Origin: Rickettsiaceae bacterium
GTDB lineage: Bacteria > Pseudomonadota > Alphaproteobacteria > Rickettsiales > Rickettsiaceae
Length of the DNA: 35,068 nt
Assembly (NCBI GenBank): GCA_043766875.1
Contig: JAYUHP010000065.1
Location: 1 to 35,068, forward strand
Direction: 5' to 3'
Under the pieces are notes generated by a model that made no database searches, had not been told where the DNA came from, and was given only the letters and a program-made list of their open reading frames with translations. Position 1 is the first letter of the stretch. Each line of letters begins with the position of its first letter. The translations under genes and the position numbers were made by a program. Below are positions 1-8,565 of this stretch, one piece after another.

Positions 1-2
1 TT

Positions 3-47
3 TGTGGGTATGTGGGTAACTTCGAAGAAATTATCCACATATCCACA
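3..47. promoter_or_regulatory. Imperfect palindrome built from four DnaA-box-like 9-mers (two per arm)
   Basis: The right arm 31-47, TTATCCACATATCCACA, contains a perfect TTATCCACA (31-39) plus ATATCCACA (39-47). The left arm 3-19 is its reverse complement with two C/T differences (TTACCCACATACCCACA). The 11-nt spacer contains TTCGAA. The element touches the window edge, so its full extent is unknown. Confidence 0.45.
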
Positions 48-116
48 AATTATTACGTAAAATCTGGAACCGATTTAGCGAACTTATACAGGGATGACGT
101 TATATAGGAGATTTAA

Positions 117-1094
117 ATGACTCAACCGAATTACAAACTAACGAAGCAGCAATATTTGGATGCTTATTATAAAATGCTGCTGATACGTCGCTTTGAAGAA
201 AGATGTGGGCAGTTATATGGCATGGGGCTTATAGCAGGCTTTTGCCATCTATATATTGGCCAAGAGGCTGTAATTACAGGAGTTAGTCTTGCCCATAAAA
301 AAGGTGATCATACTATTACTAGCTACAGGGATCATGGGCATATTTTACTTGCGGGAATTGAGCCAAAGCATGTTCTGGCAGAGCTTACAGGAAGGGCAGC
401 TGGCTGCTCAAGGGGTAAGGGTGGATCTATGCATATGTTCTATCCTGAGAATAATTTCCATGGCGGTCATGGTATCGTTGGTGCACAGGTTCCAATAGGA
501 ACTGGTATTGCTTTTGCTGAGAAATATAAAGGCAGTGATAATCTTTGCTATACTTTTTTTGGTGATGGCGCAGCTAATCAGGGCCAAGTATACGAGGCTT
601 TCAATATGGCAAAGCTGTGGAACCTGCCTGTGGTCTATATTCTGGAGAATAATGAATATTCTATGGGTACATCTGTTGCTCGCTCAACTGGTATGACGGA
701 CCTATGGCGTAGAGGGGAATCTTTCGGTATTCCAGGTAAGCGCATAGATGGTATGGACCTCGATGCTGTATTTGCAGCTGTTTCTGAAGCATCACAATAT
801 GTGCGTGATGGCAATGGGCCAATATTACTTGAGATGAAAACATATCGCTACCGCGGCCACTCGATGTCTGATCCTGCGAAATATCGCTCCAAGGAAGAGG
901 TAGATGGCTATAAGGAAAACCATGATCCTATTATCAAGGTACGTGAGACTATACTCGTCAATAAATATGCTAGCGAAGAAGAGCTGAAAGCCACAGAGAA
1001 AAACATAAAGGAAATAGTCCAAGAAGCAGCAGATTTTGCTACCAACGCCCCAGAGCCGAGTTTGGATGAGCTTTTTACTGATGTGTTTGTGTAA
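117..1094 (+). CDS. pdhA: Pyruvate dehydrogenase E1 component, alpha subunit
   Basis: 325-aa ORF with an AGGAG RBS at 104-108, 8 nt before the ATG. TPP-binding region GDGAANQGQVYEAFNMAKLWNLP and the YRYRGHSMSDP loop are typical of heterotetrameric E1 alpha. Confidence 0.9.
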   Translation: MTQPNYKLTKQQYLDAYYKMLLIRRFEERCGQLYGMGLIAGFCHLYIGQEAVITGVSLAHKKGDHTITSYRDHGHILLAGIEPKHVLAELTGRAAGCSRGKGGSMHMFYPENNFHGGHGIVGAQVPIGTGIAFAEKYKGSDNLCYTFFGDGAANQGQVYEAFNMAKLWNLPVVYILENNEYSMGTSVARSTGMTDLWRRGESFGIPGKRIDGMDLDAVFAAVSEASQYVRDGNGPILLEMKTYRYRGHSMSDPAKYRSKEEVDGYKENHDPIIKVRETILVNKYASEEELKATEKNIKEIVQEAADFATNAPEPSLDELFTDVFV

Positions 1095-1109
1095 TCTGAA
1101 TTGTGGCCC

Positions 1110-2498
1110 CTACCTCACCCTCCGCGCAAGGGCTATATCCCGGAGTCTGTCGCAGATTTTATCGAATACCGGGCGTAGGAGTATTTCTTTTGCTTCTATC
1201 TCAATGTAATTATCTTTGAGAGATAGGCTGAATGAAGGTTTATGCAGGTTTGGGCCATCCACTTCATAGGCAACTCTGATAATACAGCCTATAATTTGGC
1301 TATTGCTATATTCTTCCCTAGAGAGCATGCGTCTCGATAATTTCTCTATATGTAAATCTGGCCTGATGCCAAAGATATATGATAAAGCTACGGCCATCAT
1401 AACCCTTTGCTTATGGGTAAAAGGTATGTCAGAAGAGAGAGCAAAATCTGCCATAAAATGAGCACGCATGGTCTTATCAATATTGATGTTGATACAGGAG
1501 AGCATTATTGTAAGCTCAACTATCTCACGCAGCGATTCATTAGGGTCTATGAGCAGAGGTTCCATCATATTATAGTATTTTTTCAGATCGCAATTTTTGG
1601 TGATAATATCTGATAGATATTCGCATCGTGTCCGAACTATGTCCTTATTCTTCTCATCGTCTGGGAGGCCTATGAATCGCACACCCTCCTTAAGACCGTA
1701 ATTGGAGACGATGATATCCTGAATTCCGAATAGTTCTATGAGGCTTTTTATAATGGTTTGAGCCTTTTTATCCGCACTGCGCCTGTAGGTGAATGACCTT
1801 GCATTATATATATTTTCGGACTTGTCTAAAAACACCAGGAACTCATTGCTTGGGATTTGAAGATTATGAAGATTTTTAAGAGGATATCTAACAAATTCCA
1901 TATAGGCGCGCCCAAGCATACGGAAAGCACCACCGATGAGGTATAAATTGGGATATGTATTATATTCAAAAGACTGAGAAATGGTTTTTTTGATTTCCTC
2001 AGATGTAATTTCTGGATCGATTATATTGGTTCCCAAAGCCAGGGATTTTCTTTTGCCAACCTCCTTGTTGCTGATCTCAGCAAGCTCAAGACTTCCGCCG
2101 CCTAAATCAGCCGCTAGTCCTTCTGCCTTATTAATGCCCATTATGAGCCCAGCAGCAGTCAGGTAAGCTTCTCTTTCGCCAGAAATTATCTCTATTTCTA
2201 TATTATATTTATGCTTGATAACTTTGGTGAAGGCAGCTGCGTTAACATGGTTGCGCAGTATGGCGGTAGCTACGCATTTGACAGTGCCAACCTTGAGCTG
2301 GTCAAAAATATGCACAAAATGCTGTATAACAAGATATACACCATGCTTTACATCAAGGTCTGCCAAGTCCAGCAGCCCCAATAAATCGCTTCTAAATTTT
2401 TCATTATATACCTCAGATGCGCTTAGGCTGTTTTTTTCATATACCACAGCACGTATCGCATTAGAGCCTATATCTATTATTGCATGTCTCATTACCAA
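1110..2498 (-). CDS. ppx: Ppx/GppA family exopolyphosphatase / guanosine pentaphosphate phosphohydrolase
   Basis: 462-aa ORF with ASKHA phosphate motifs IIDIGSNAIRAVVY and ADLGGGSLEL and a helical C-terminal domain. It lies on the same strand 49 nt downstream of virD4. An alternative start at Met3 is possible. Confidence 0.8.
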   Translation of the reverse strand: MVMRHAIIDIGSNAIRAVVYEKNSLSASEVYNEKFRSDLLGLLDLADLDVKHGVYLVIQHFVHIFDQLKVGTVKCVATAILRNHVNAAAFTKVIKHKYNIEIEIISGEREAYLTAAGLIMGINKAEGLAADLGGGSLELAEISNKEVGKRKSLALGTNIIDPEITSEEIKKTISQSFEYNTYPNLYLIGGAFRMLGRAYMEFVRYPLKNLHNLQIPSNEFLVFLDKSENIYNARSFTYRRSADKKAQTIIKSLIELFGIQDIIVSNYGLKEGVRFIGLPDDEKNKDIVRTRCEYLSDIITKNCDLKKYYNMMEPLLIDPNESLREIVELTIMLSCININIDKTMRAHFMADFALSSDIPFTHKQRVMMAVALSYIFGIRPDLHIEKLSRRMLSREEYSNSQIIGCIIRVAYEVDGPNLHKPSFSLSLKDNYIEIEAKEILLRPVFDKICDRLRDIALARRVR

Positions 2499-2547
2499 AT
2501 CCCTTTGTGGGACATTTTATCAAATAAGATTCAATTTGACTAGGATG

Positions 2548-4728
2548 TTATTTCTTAGGTTTTTTTGGTTTGGCTTTTGGCTTTTGGCTCGGTTTTTTTA
2601 CAGGAGATGCTTCTTCAGTAGGCGTGGTGTCTGTGGAAGCAGTGTCTTCAGATTCGCTAGCCTCGTCTTCAGTAGATTCGTCAGTATCTGCTTCAGGTTC
2701 ACTGCTGTCAGAAGCTGAAGTATCTTCATCAGAGGAAGTTTCTTCTGTAGCCGTATCAGTTTCAGAAGCCGTTGTTTCAGTATATGCGGCATCTTCAGTT
2801 ATATCAGCTTCGTCTTCTGTAGGCTCTTCGTATGTAGTATCTTCAGTTTCTACGGCTGTATCAGAATCATCTAACAGCTCTTCTTCATCTTGTGTTTCTT
2901 CTGTTCCCAAAGCATCTGAGGTGTTTTCGGCTTCAAATTCAGCGCCTGTATCTACCGAATCTATATCATTTTCTTCTTCTGTAGCTGGCGCCGCTTCATC
3001 TTCCAAAGCAGGATCTTTACTAGCATCATAAGGTTTTTGTGTAGGTACGAAGGTAGGAGGTAATAGTCTTGCCATAAAGAACTTATCATCAAAATATCTG
3101 ATCTTCTTGGACTTAATTGGTGGCATTGATTCGATAAGCACTATTTGCTCGTCTCTAGGGAGCTGAATTACTTCCTGAGGAAGAAGCAAAGCACGCTGCA
3201 CTTCTGATGTATTCATAGTTCTTGTGGCAGGGTTTAGATCAAAAAACCTAGGGGCACTATGTGATGTTTGTTTTACAGTCTTATTACCGCATAATTGAGA
3301 AATAAGATTGGCAGTTTCATAGTTGTTCGCTGCGAATGTAATACGGAATGTGGAGTTTGATAAGAAGGAGTTCATACCGGCTTCTTCGTAGGTACCTTTG
3401 AGCTGTTGAGTATCTTGAATAATGAGGAATAGCCTTACTCTATATCCCCTAAAATATGCAATGCCTGACTTAAACTGTTCCATCTTACCAAGCGTTGGGA
3501 ACTCATCAAGGAGGAACATCACGCCATACGGCTCTTCCTTCAGATTTGGCATTTTACGACTTAAAAACTCCGTAGCTTGTTGGTAGAATACCTGCATTAA
3601 TTTCTGTAGCCTGCTAATGTTATCAGGAGTTAGTCCGACATATACGGTAGTTTTTTTCTTCTTAAACTCTAGCACGTTGAAATCTGATGATGCAGTTGCC
3701 GCATCAATCAAGGGGTTTGCCCATAATTCAAGGCCTGAGTTTAGTGTTGATATTACGCCTGAACGTTCTTTATCTGCTTTTTGTAAGAAGGCAGCCAGAT
3801 TCATATAGGCTACCGGATGAATGACCGAACCTAAAGTGTCTAGGACTACTGCAAGATTGTATACTACGTCGTCACTACGCAATGTCCGAACTACCTCGCC
3901 AAAGGATTTACGCTTTGTTGAATCTGCAATAAGATATAGCACAATTCCCATAAACAAGCTTCTTGATTCGTTTTCCCAGAAGTCTTGCTTTGGCATGATA
4001 AGGCTGGAGATTTTCTGTACGTCATCCACCATTTGCCCTGGCTTACTACTCACCCAATCAATGGGGTTATAGCAATGAGTTACTCCATCAGGATTAGAAG
4101 GTTCCCATACGAAAACTTCTTGCCCTTGCTTGGCGCGCCATCCGCTTGTCAATCCATGGTTTTCGAGTTTAATATCATGCACCACAACAGAATCAGACCA
4201 GAATAATAGATTGGGTATTACGAAACCCACACCTTTACCAGCACCGGTAGGAGCAAATAGTAAAGCATGTTGAAAGCCATCTGCGACGAAATACCCACCA
4301 TCATCGAGGCCTAACATCATACCGCTTTTGGATCTAAGACCAGCTTTCTTCACATCTGCTTGTGATGCCCATGTAGCATCACCAAATACTTTTTCTTTAG
4401 GTTTAATCCACTTCCATTCTTTAATTGTGTCGAAGAATTTCATGTATGAGATCAATGCTACTACTAGTGGACCGAAAATACATCCTAGTAGTTTGATTTT
4501 GATGTATGCATAGGCTTCCCATGTTAGTTGAGACCAGGACTCAAACAGCCAATATGACCATTTATATGCAATATCATATGCGTTGGTATTAACACCTATT
4601 GATTCGAATTCATTAGTTATGGCGGAGATGCCTGTACCAACTATGAAGCCTAAAAAAGCAAGACCTACAAGGTGCAAAAAAGTTTTTGCGACAAAATTTC
4701 TAAAAGAGGTAAAAAAATCATCATTCAT
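2548..4728 (-). CDS. virD4: Type IV secretion coupling protein VirD4 (TraG family) with a long acidic C-terminal extension
   Basis: 726-aa ORF with N-terminal TM segments, Walker A APTGAGKGVGFVIPN and the TraG-type FLLDEFPTLGK motif. It overlaps the virB11 stop by 8 nt. The last 156 aa are low-complexity D/E/T/S ending in KKPSQKPKAKPKKPKK. Confidence 0.9.
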   Translation of the reverse strand: MNDDFFTSFRNFVAKTFLHLVGLAFLGFIVGTGISAITNEFESIGVNTNAYDIAYKWSYWLFESWSQLTWEAYAYIKIKLLGCIFGPLVVALISYMKFFDTIKEWKWIKPKEKVFGDATWASQADVKKAGLRSKSGMMLGLDDGGYFVADGFQHALLFAPTGAGKGVGFVIPNLLFWSDSVVVHDIKLENHGLTSGWRAKQGQEVFVWEPSNPDGVTHCYNPIDWVSSKPGQMVDDVQKISSLIMPKQDFWENESRSLFMGIVLYLIADSTKRKSFGEVVRTLRSDDVVYNLAVVLDTLGSVIHPVAYMNLAAFLQKADKERSGVISTLNSGLELWANPLIDAATASSDFNVLEFKKKKTTVYVGLTPDNISRLQKLMQVFYQQATEFLSRKMPNLKEEPYGVMFLLDEFPTLGKMEQFKSGIAYFRGYRVRLFLIIQDTQQLKGTYEEAGMNSFLSNSTFRITFAANNYETANLISQLCGNKTVKQTSHSAPRFFDLNPATRTMNTSEVQRALLLPQEVIQLPRDEQIVLIESMPPIKSKKIRYFDDKFFMARLLPPTFVPTQKPYDASKDPALEDEAAPATEEENDIDSVDTGAEFEAENTSDALGTEETQDEEELLDDSDTAVETEDTTYEEPTEDEADITEDAAYTETTASETDTATEETSSDEDTSASDSSEPEADTDESTEDEASESEDTASTDTTPTEEASPVKKPSQKPKAKPKKPKK

Positions 4729-5716
4729 TTTTTAATCCCCTAGTACCTTTGAAATATACTTCGGAAATATATCTTTTTCCACCTGTGCCACGCTTTAGCT
4801 GCACAACTATGTCTATAACAGCCATAATATATTTTTTGATCTCATCCGGTGGCATACCAAGCCCTGCCTGCATAACCATAAGCTTAAGCTGCTCAAGAGC
4901 CATGCTTGGTGTATCTGCGTGAAGCGTCGAAATTGAACCTGGATGGCCGGTATTAATAGCTCTAAGGAAGCTGAATGCTTCGGACCCACGAAGCTCGCCC
5001 ACTATAATCCTATCTGGTCGTAGCCTCAAACAGGCTTCTATCAAATCCTGTGTTGTAACCTTAGCGCGCCCTTGACCGCCTTTGGATGAAAGCAAATGCA
5101 CTCTATTAGGATGCTGAGGAAGCTGTACCTCCCTGGCATCTTCTACCGTAATTAGCCTTTCACTGGTTGGAATTGCAAGAAGAGCTGCATTGGTAAATGT
5201 AGTTTTACCAGTGGAAGTACCACCGCTGATTATAATATTCTTTTTGCATTTTACAGCGTGATCTAAAAATTCCCTTATTTTATTATTTTTGATATATTCT
5301 GATAGAACATCATCATTGGAATCATGCACCTCTTCAGTGGAGGTTCCGCTGAAAGCACCCATTTTCTCATAATCTTCTAGAGTGAGCTGCATGCCACTGC
5401 CTTTTCTAATAGACATGGCTACTGTTCCTGATTCGCATGCAGGAGGGAATATTACCTGGATACGATATCCGTTTGGAAGAGTTGCAGAAAGCAAAGGTTT
5501 TTCTTCTGATACAGTTTGTTCTGTGGATTGGGCAACCAATCTCCCGAGGCCCATAAGATGTTCAAAATCTAGCTCTGGTATTACTTCCAAGCGCTGATCA
5601 CCGCGTTTTTCAACCCAAGCTTCTTGAGGCTTATTAACCATGATTTCATTGACTCCTTCTTCAGCGAAGAGGGATTTGAAAGGCGTCAGATATGTCTCAA
5701 GAGCAGCATAACTCAC
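4721..5716 (-). CDS. virB11: Type IV secretion ATPase VirB11
   Basis: 331-aa ORF with Walker A GGTSTGKTT, Asp/Walker B box RPDRIIVGELRG and His box GHPGSISTLHA. It has a 4-nt ATGA-type overlap with virB10. Confidence 0.9.
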   Translation of the reverse strand: MSYAALETYLTPFKSLFAEEGVNEIMVNKPQEAWVEKRGDQRLEVIPELDFEHLMGLGRLVAQSTEQTVSEEKPLLSATLPNGYRIQVIFPPACESGTVAMSIRKGSGMQLTLEDYEKMGAFSGTSTEEVHDSNDDVLSEYIKNNKIREFLDHAVKCKKNIIISGGTSTGKTTFTNAALLAIPTSERLITVEDAREVQLPQHPNRVHLLSSKGGQGRAKVTTQDLIEACLRLRPDRIIVGELRGSEAFSFLRAINTGHPGSISTLHADTPSMALEQLKLMVMQAGLGMPPDEIKKYIMAVIDIVVQLKRGTGGKRYISEVYFKGTRGLKNE

Positions 5717-7170
5717 TGAAGTACCTTAGATTTACTTATAGCATCTTTTGGAAATAAATAATCCTTACGCACATAAATTTTGACTTGGTAACCCTGGTCA
5801 ATAGTAATATTAGGTTTTGGTGCTGCCGATTTTGTTATAGTAGATACCGTATTGGTTAGATCAGTAAATGCTTGCTGAGCAGCTTGCTGCCTATGTGTAG
5901 GAGTAGTCGCTGCAACCGTGGATGAAAGCAAAGCGGTCGTTGCAGTAGTTACAGCACTCATCATTGAATTTAGCAATTGTCCAGGCTGCGCTCCAACAGT
6001 AGTAGTCGCGGTATTACAGGTAGCCACAAAAGTTGTATAGGATGTTGCTGTTTTATCAGGGAACATTCCTTGAACATTGGCGCATATTTGTGCAACCTTC
6101 TGCTGTTCAGTCAAGGTAGAAGTAAAGGTTGCTTGTGCAGAATTTTGCATGTTAGTGGCTACTTGAGCATTAGCAGCAGTTTGTGTGTTAGATACCGGAG
6201 GTACCAATTTATCAATTCCCGCGGCGATACCAATGCTAATAGCAGACATGAGGACAGCATTTGTCATAGTATCCACATATTTATTATCCACCCTGCCATG
6301 TATCCCTTTTCTTCCGAGATTGTCTATTGCGTCACCTGCAAAATTTAATGTATAGCCACTAGCCAAATCTATCCTGTTCCAAGCAATTGATACACGGCCG
6401 TATGTTGCATCTACTCCAGTTTTGTAGGCACCAAATACTCGCGAGCCTTTTGGTATCACTACTATTTTGCTATCTTCAGAATACACGTCTCTAGAGACTA
6501 CAGCTCTAACCTCACCACCGAAATCGGTGTTTATTGCAGTTTCAGTTACTGCATCAATGACTTTTCCTTGGCTGAGTAAGTGCGTTAAATCTCCACGCTT
6601 CTTGAAATTTGCTAGCTGCGCTATTTCAGCATCACTCTTTTTTGGCGGGACCCCTGCGATCAACACAATAGAAGATTTACGTTTAGCTTCTTTACGTTTC
6701 TTTGCATCATCTGAATTACTTACTATTTCTGATGGTAAGACAGCTGGAGCAGCAGACGGCATGTTTGCAGCCTGAGGGGTTGCGGTAGCAGAAGGCATTT
6801 GAGCCATATCCATAGGTTTAGGCTCTTCCGTTGGAGCAGGTGGCGCTGGAGCTACTAGTTTTGGTGGCTCTGGTAATTTAGGTATGGGTGGCGCATCGGA
6901 TGTAGACTCTGCTGGTTTTGAGATTGTGCTAGGGGTTGATACATGATCATTAATATCATCTTTTTTCTGAGAGAAAAACTGAGGAGCCAGGAGGTTATAT
7001 GCCATTACTGCAAAGCCTACCCCCATGGATATGAGCACCATGATATTGCGTTTTGGACTGGCCGCAACCTTGGATATCTCTTCCTTTACTTCAGGTGTGC
7101 TCACTGCTTTATCCGCATCTGGAGCTTTATTTTGTATGGAAGGTTCTTGCTTTGTAGGTTCTGTACTCAT
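5713..7170 (-). CDS. virB10: Type IV secretion protein VirB10
   Basis: 485-aa ORF with a cytoplasmic N-terminus, one TM (IMVLISMGVGFAVMAYNLL) and a proline-rich linker (PPIPKLPEPPKLVAPAPPAPTEEPKP). The C-terminal beta-barrel signature includes VVIPKGSRVFGAY and DQGYQVKIYV. Its position between virB9 and virB11 fits the call. Confidence 0.85.
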   Translation of the reverse strand: MSTEPTKQEPSIQNKAPDADKAVSTPEVKEEISKVAASPKRNIMVLISMGVGFAVMAYNLLAPQFFSQKKDDINDHVSTPSTISKPAESTSDAPPIPKLPEPPKLVAPAPPAPTEEPKPMDMAQMPSATATPQAANMPSAAPAVLPSEIVSNSDDAKKRKEAKRKSSIVLIAGVPPKKSDAEIAQLANFKKRGDLTHLLSQGKVIDAVTETAINTDFGGEVRAVVSRDVYSEDSKIVVIPKGSRVFGAYKTGVDATYGRVSIAWNRIDLASGYTLNFAGDAIDNLGRKGIHGRVDNKYVDTMTNAVLMSAISIGIAAGIDKLVPPVSNTQTAANAQVATNMQNSAQATFTSTLTEQQKVAQICANVQGMFPDKTATSYTTFVATCNTATTTVGAQPGQLLNSMMSAVTTATTALLSSTVAATTPTHRQQAAQQAFTDLTNTVSTITKSAAPKPNITIDQGYQVKIYVRKDYLFPKDAISKSKVLQ

Positions 7171-7173
7171 GAA

Positions 7174-7716
7174 TTACCTAATCTTCTTATTGGGATAGTA
7201 GAACCTTAATACATATACTAAATCCTTGTCATCATCACCGTCAAGCTCTCTTGCCACTATATCAAACTGGTAAGTTCTTTTATTGGTGAGGATTGTCATG
7301 TTGGTGCGTATATTTTTTTCAAGTGGTTTTACAAACAATCTGTTGCCCAGAGGGGTGATTTTCCACGCATATGAATCGCCCAGGGAAATAGTGTGGATCT
7401 CTTCTCCTTTAGCAAATTCGATTTGGGACTGGAATCCTGAATGTACTACCAACAAATAAACTTCGTTAGGACTATAGACATAGGTTTTTATCCTGCTATC
7501 TGTAGTAATTGAGAGATCTTCATCAGCGAAACTTACTACTGAAGTCATCAGGATTAGAGCGATAGCTACTAAATATCTGATGTTATTAGCTATAGCAAAT
7601 CCTAAATTGAATAATACTAGGAGCAAGGTGCGAATACTATTTAATACTAAGTGAGTGCCGTAGCGACAACGTAGAATTAATTTGGGATTTGCTGTAATTT
7701 TAGCTATTGTCATCAT
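7174..7716 (-). CDS. virB9: VirB9-like protein, N-terminal domain only (truncated paralog type)
   Basis: The ORF ends 3 nt before the virB10 start. A signal-peptide-like segment (YLVAIALILMTSVVSFA/DEDL) is followed by about 116 aa with a VirB9/TrbG N-domain pattern (GDSYAWKITPLGNRLFVKP, TNMTILTNKRTYQFDI). No C-terminal domain is encoded. The start codon is uncertain: the ATG at 7716 gives a 60+ aa leader and overlaps virB8 by 17 nt. Confidence 0.7.
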   Translation of the reverse strand: MMTIAKITANPKLILRCRYGTHLVLNSIRTLLLVLFNLGFAIANNIRYLVAIALILMTSVVSFADEDLSITTDSRIKTYVYSPNEVYLLVVHSGFQSQIEFAKGEEIHTISLGDSYAWKITPLGNRLFVKPLEKNIRTNMTILTNKRTYQFDIVARELDGDDDKDLVYVLRFYYPNKKIR

Positions 7717-8407
7717 CTACCCTATACCCTGTAACTTGAAATCCTACCGGATTTATATCTCTTTCATCTTCCGTGAGTGACATTGGAACATAGTCAATAT
7801 CTACTATAGCAATTTTATTAATTGTCCGTCTATCTCCGACTGTTTCATTAATGGAAAACCTGAACACATAGCGTTTGAGATCAAGTTTAGACCAGGACTT
7901 TACAGCAAGATAAGTGGTATTTTTCTGACCATAAAATATGCTAGGATCATTATTCTTATTTTTTATATATCCAATATAAAAATTATATATCGGTGGCGTT
8001 GATAGTAGCCTCACTATCTTATGAGCTCTGGTTTCGAAGTCTATAGGATTATATGTTTCCCTTGCTACTACATATTTTTTGATAAAATAACGTGCCAAAG
8101 CTTCATTTCCACTAAGTGCTTCTGATGAAATAGGGTTTACAACCTTTGCTAGGCCACTGGTATCTTCTATCTGGATTACAAATGGATCAAATTCCTTAGA
8201 CAGGGAAATTTTTGTTACAGCAAGGACAGATAGCCCAACAGCAATTATGCAGAGTGATGCCATGAAAAACATCCAATTGCGCTGCGTTAGAGCCATTTCA
8301 TAACGCTCCTCAAACCAGGTTTTGGATGATCCTAGGGCTGAAGATGTCGTTGTTGACGCATCAGTATCCTGGGTTTGTTTCTTAAATAAATCAAAAATTT
8401 TGAGCAT
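7700..8407 (-). CDS. virB8: Type IV secretion protein VirB8
   Basis: 235-aa ORF with bitopic topology (WMFFMASLCIIAVGLSVLAV) and a periplasmic NTF2-like region (ARYFIKKYVVARETYNP). It is the first gene of the virB8-D4 string. Confidence 0.8.
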   Translation of the reverse strand: MLKIFDLFKKQTQDTDASTTTSSALGSSKTWFEERYEMALTQRNWMFFMASLCIIAVGLSVLAVTKISLSKEFDPFVIQIEDTSGLAKVVNPISSEALSGNEALARYFIKKYVVARETYNPIDFETRAHKIVRLLSTPPIYNFYIGYIKNKNNDPSIFYGQKNTTYLAVKSWSKLDLKRYVFRFSINETVGDRRTINKIAIVDIDYVPMSLTEDERDINPVGFQVTGYRVDDDNS

Positions 8408-8565
8408 AAATCCACAAATTGTACTTAACTGAGCAGTTCATTATGATGCTTTATTTGCCAACAATAAAGAAAAAGTGCTTGTAGACCATATAAAACTGCG
8501 GATATTTTTCATCAATAGTTGCTTTTGTATTATACTTAGGTAATCAGAGTTTTGAATATTAGATT

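Noticed and set aside
2570-3031. 153-aa Ser-rich ORF on the plus strand (and the overlapping 2215-2718 and 2598-2792 ORFs).
   Set aside because: It is the antisense mirror of the low-complexity acidic virD4 tail: GAx/ACx codons read as Ser/Val on the other strand. There is no RBS or promoter, and it overlaps a well-supported gene entirely.
2507-8420. Recurrence of TTTGTGG(G/A) (1-8, 2507-2514, and the reverse strand at 8410-8418, next to the virB8 start) as a possible shared T4SS regulatory or DnaA motif.
   Set aside because: A 7-mer is expected about 4 times on both strands of this window by chance. Only the structured four-box palindrome at 1-58 stands out.
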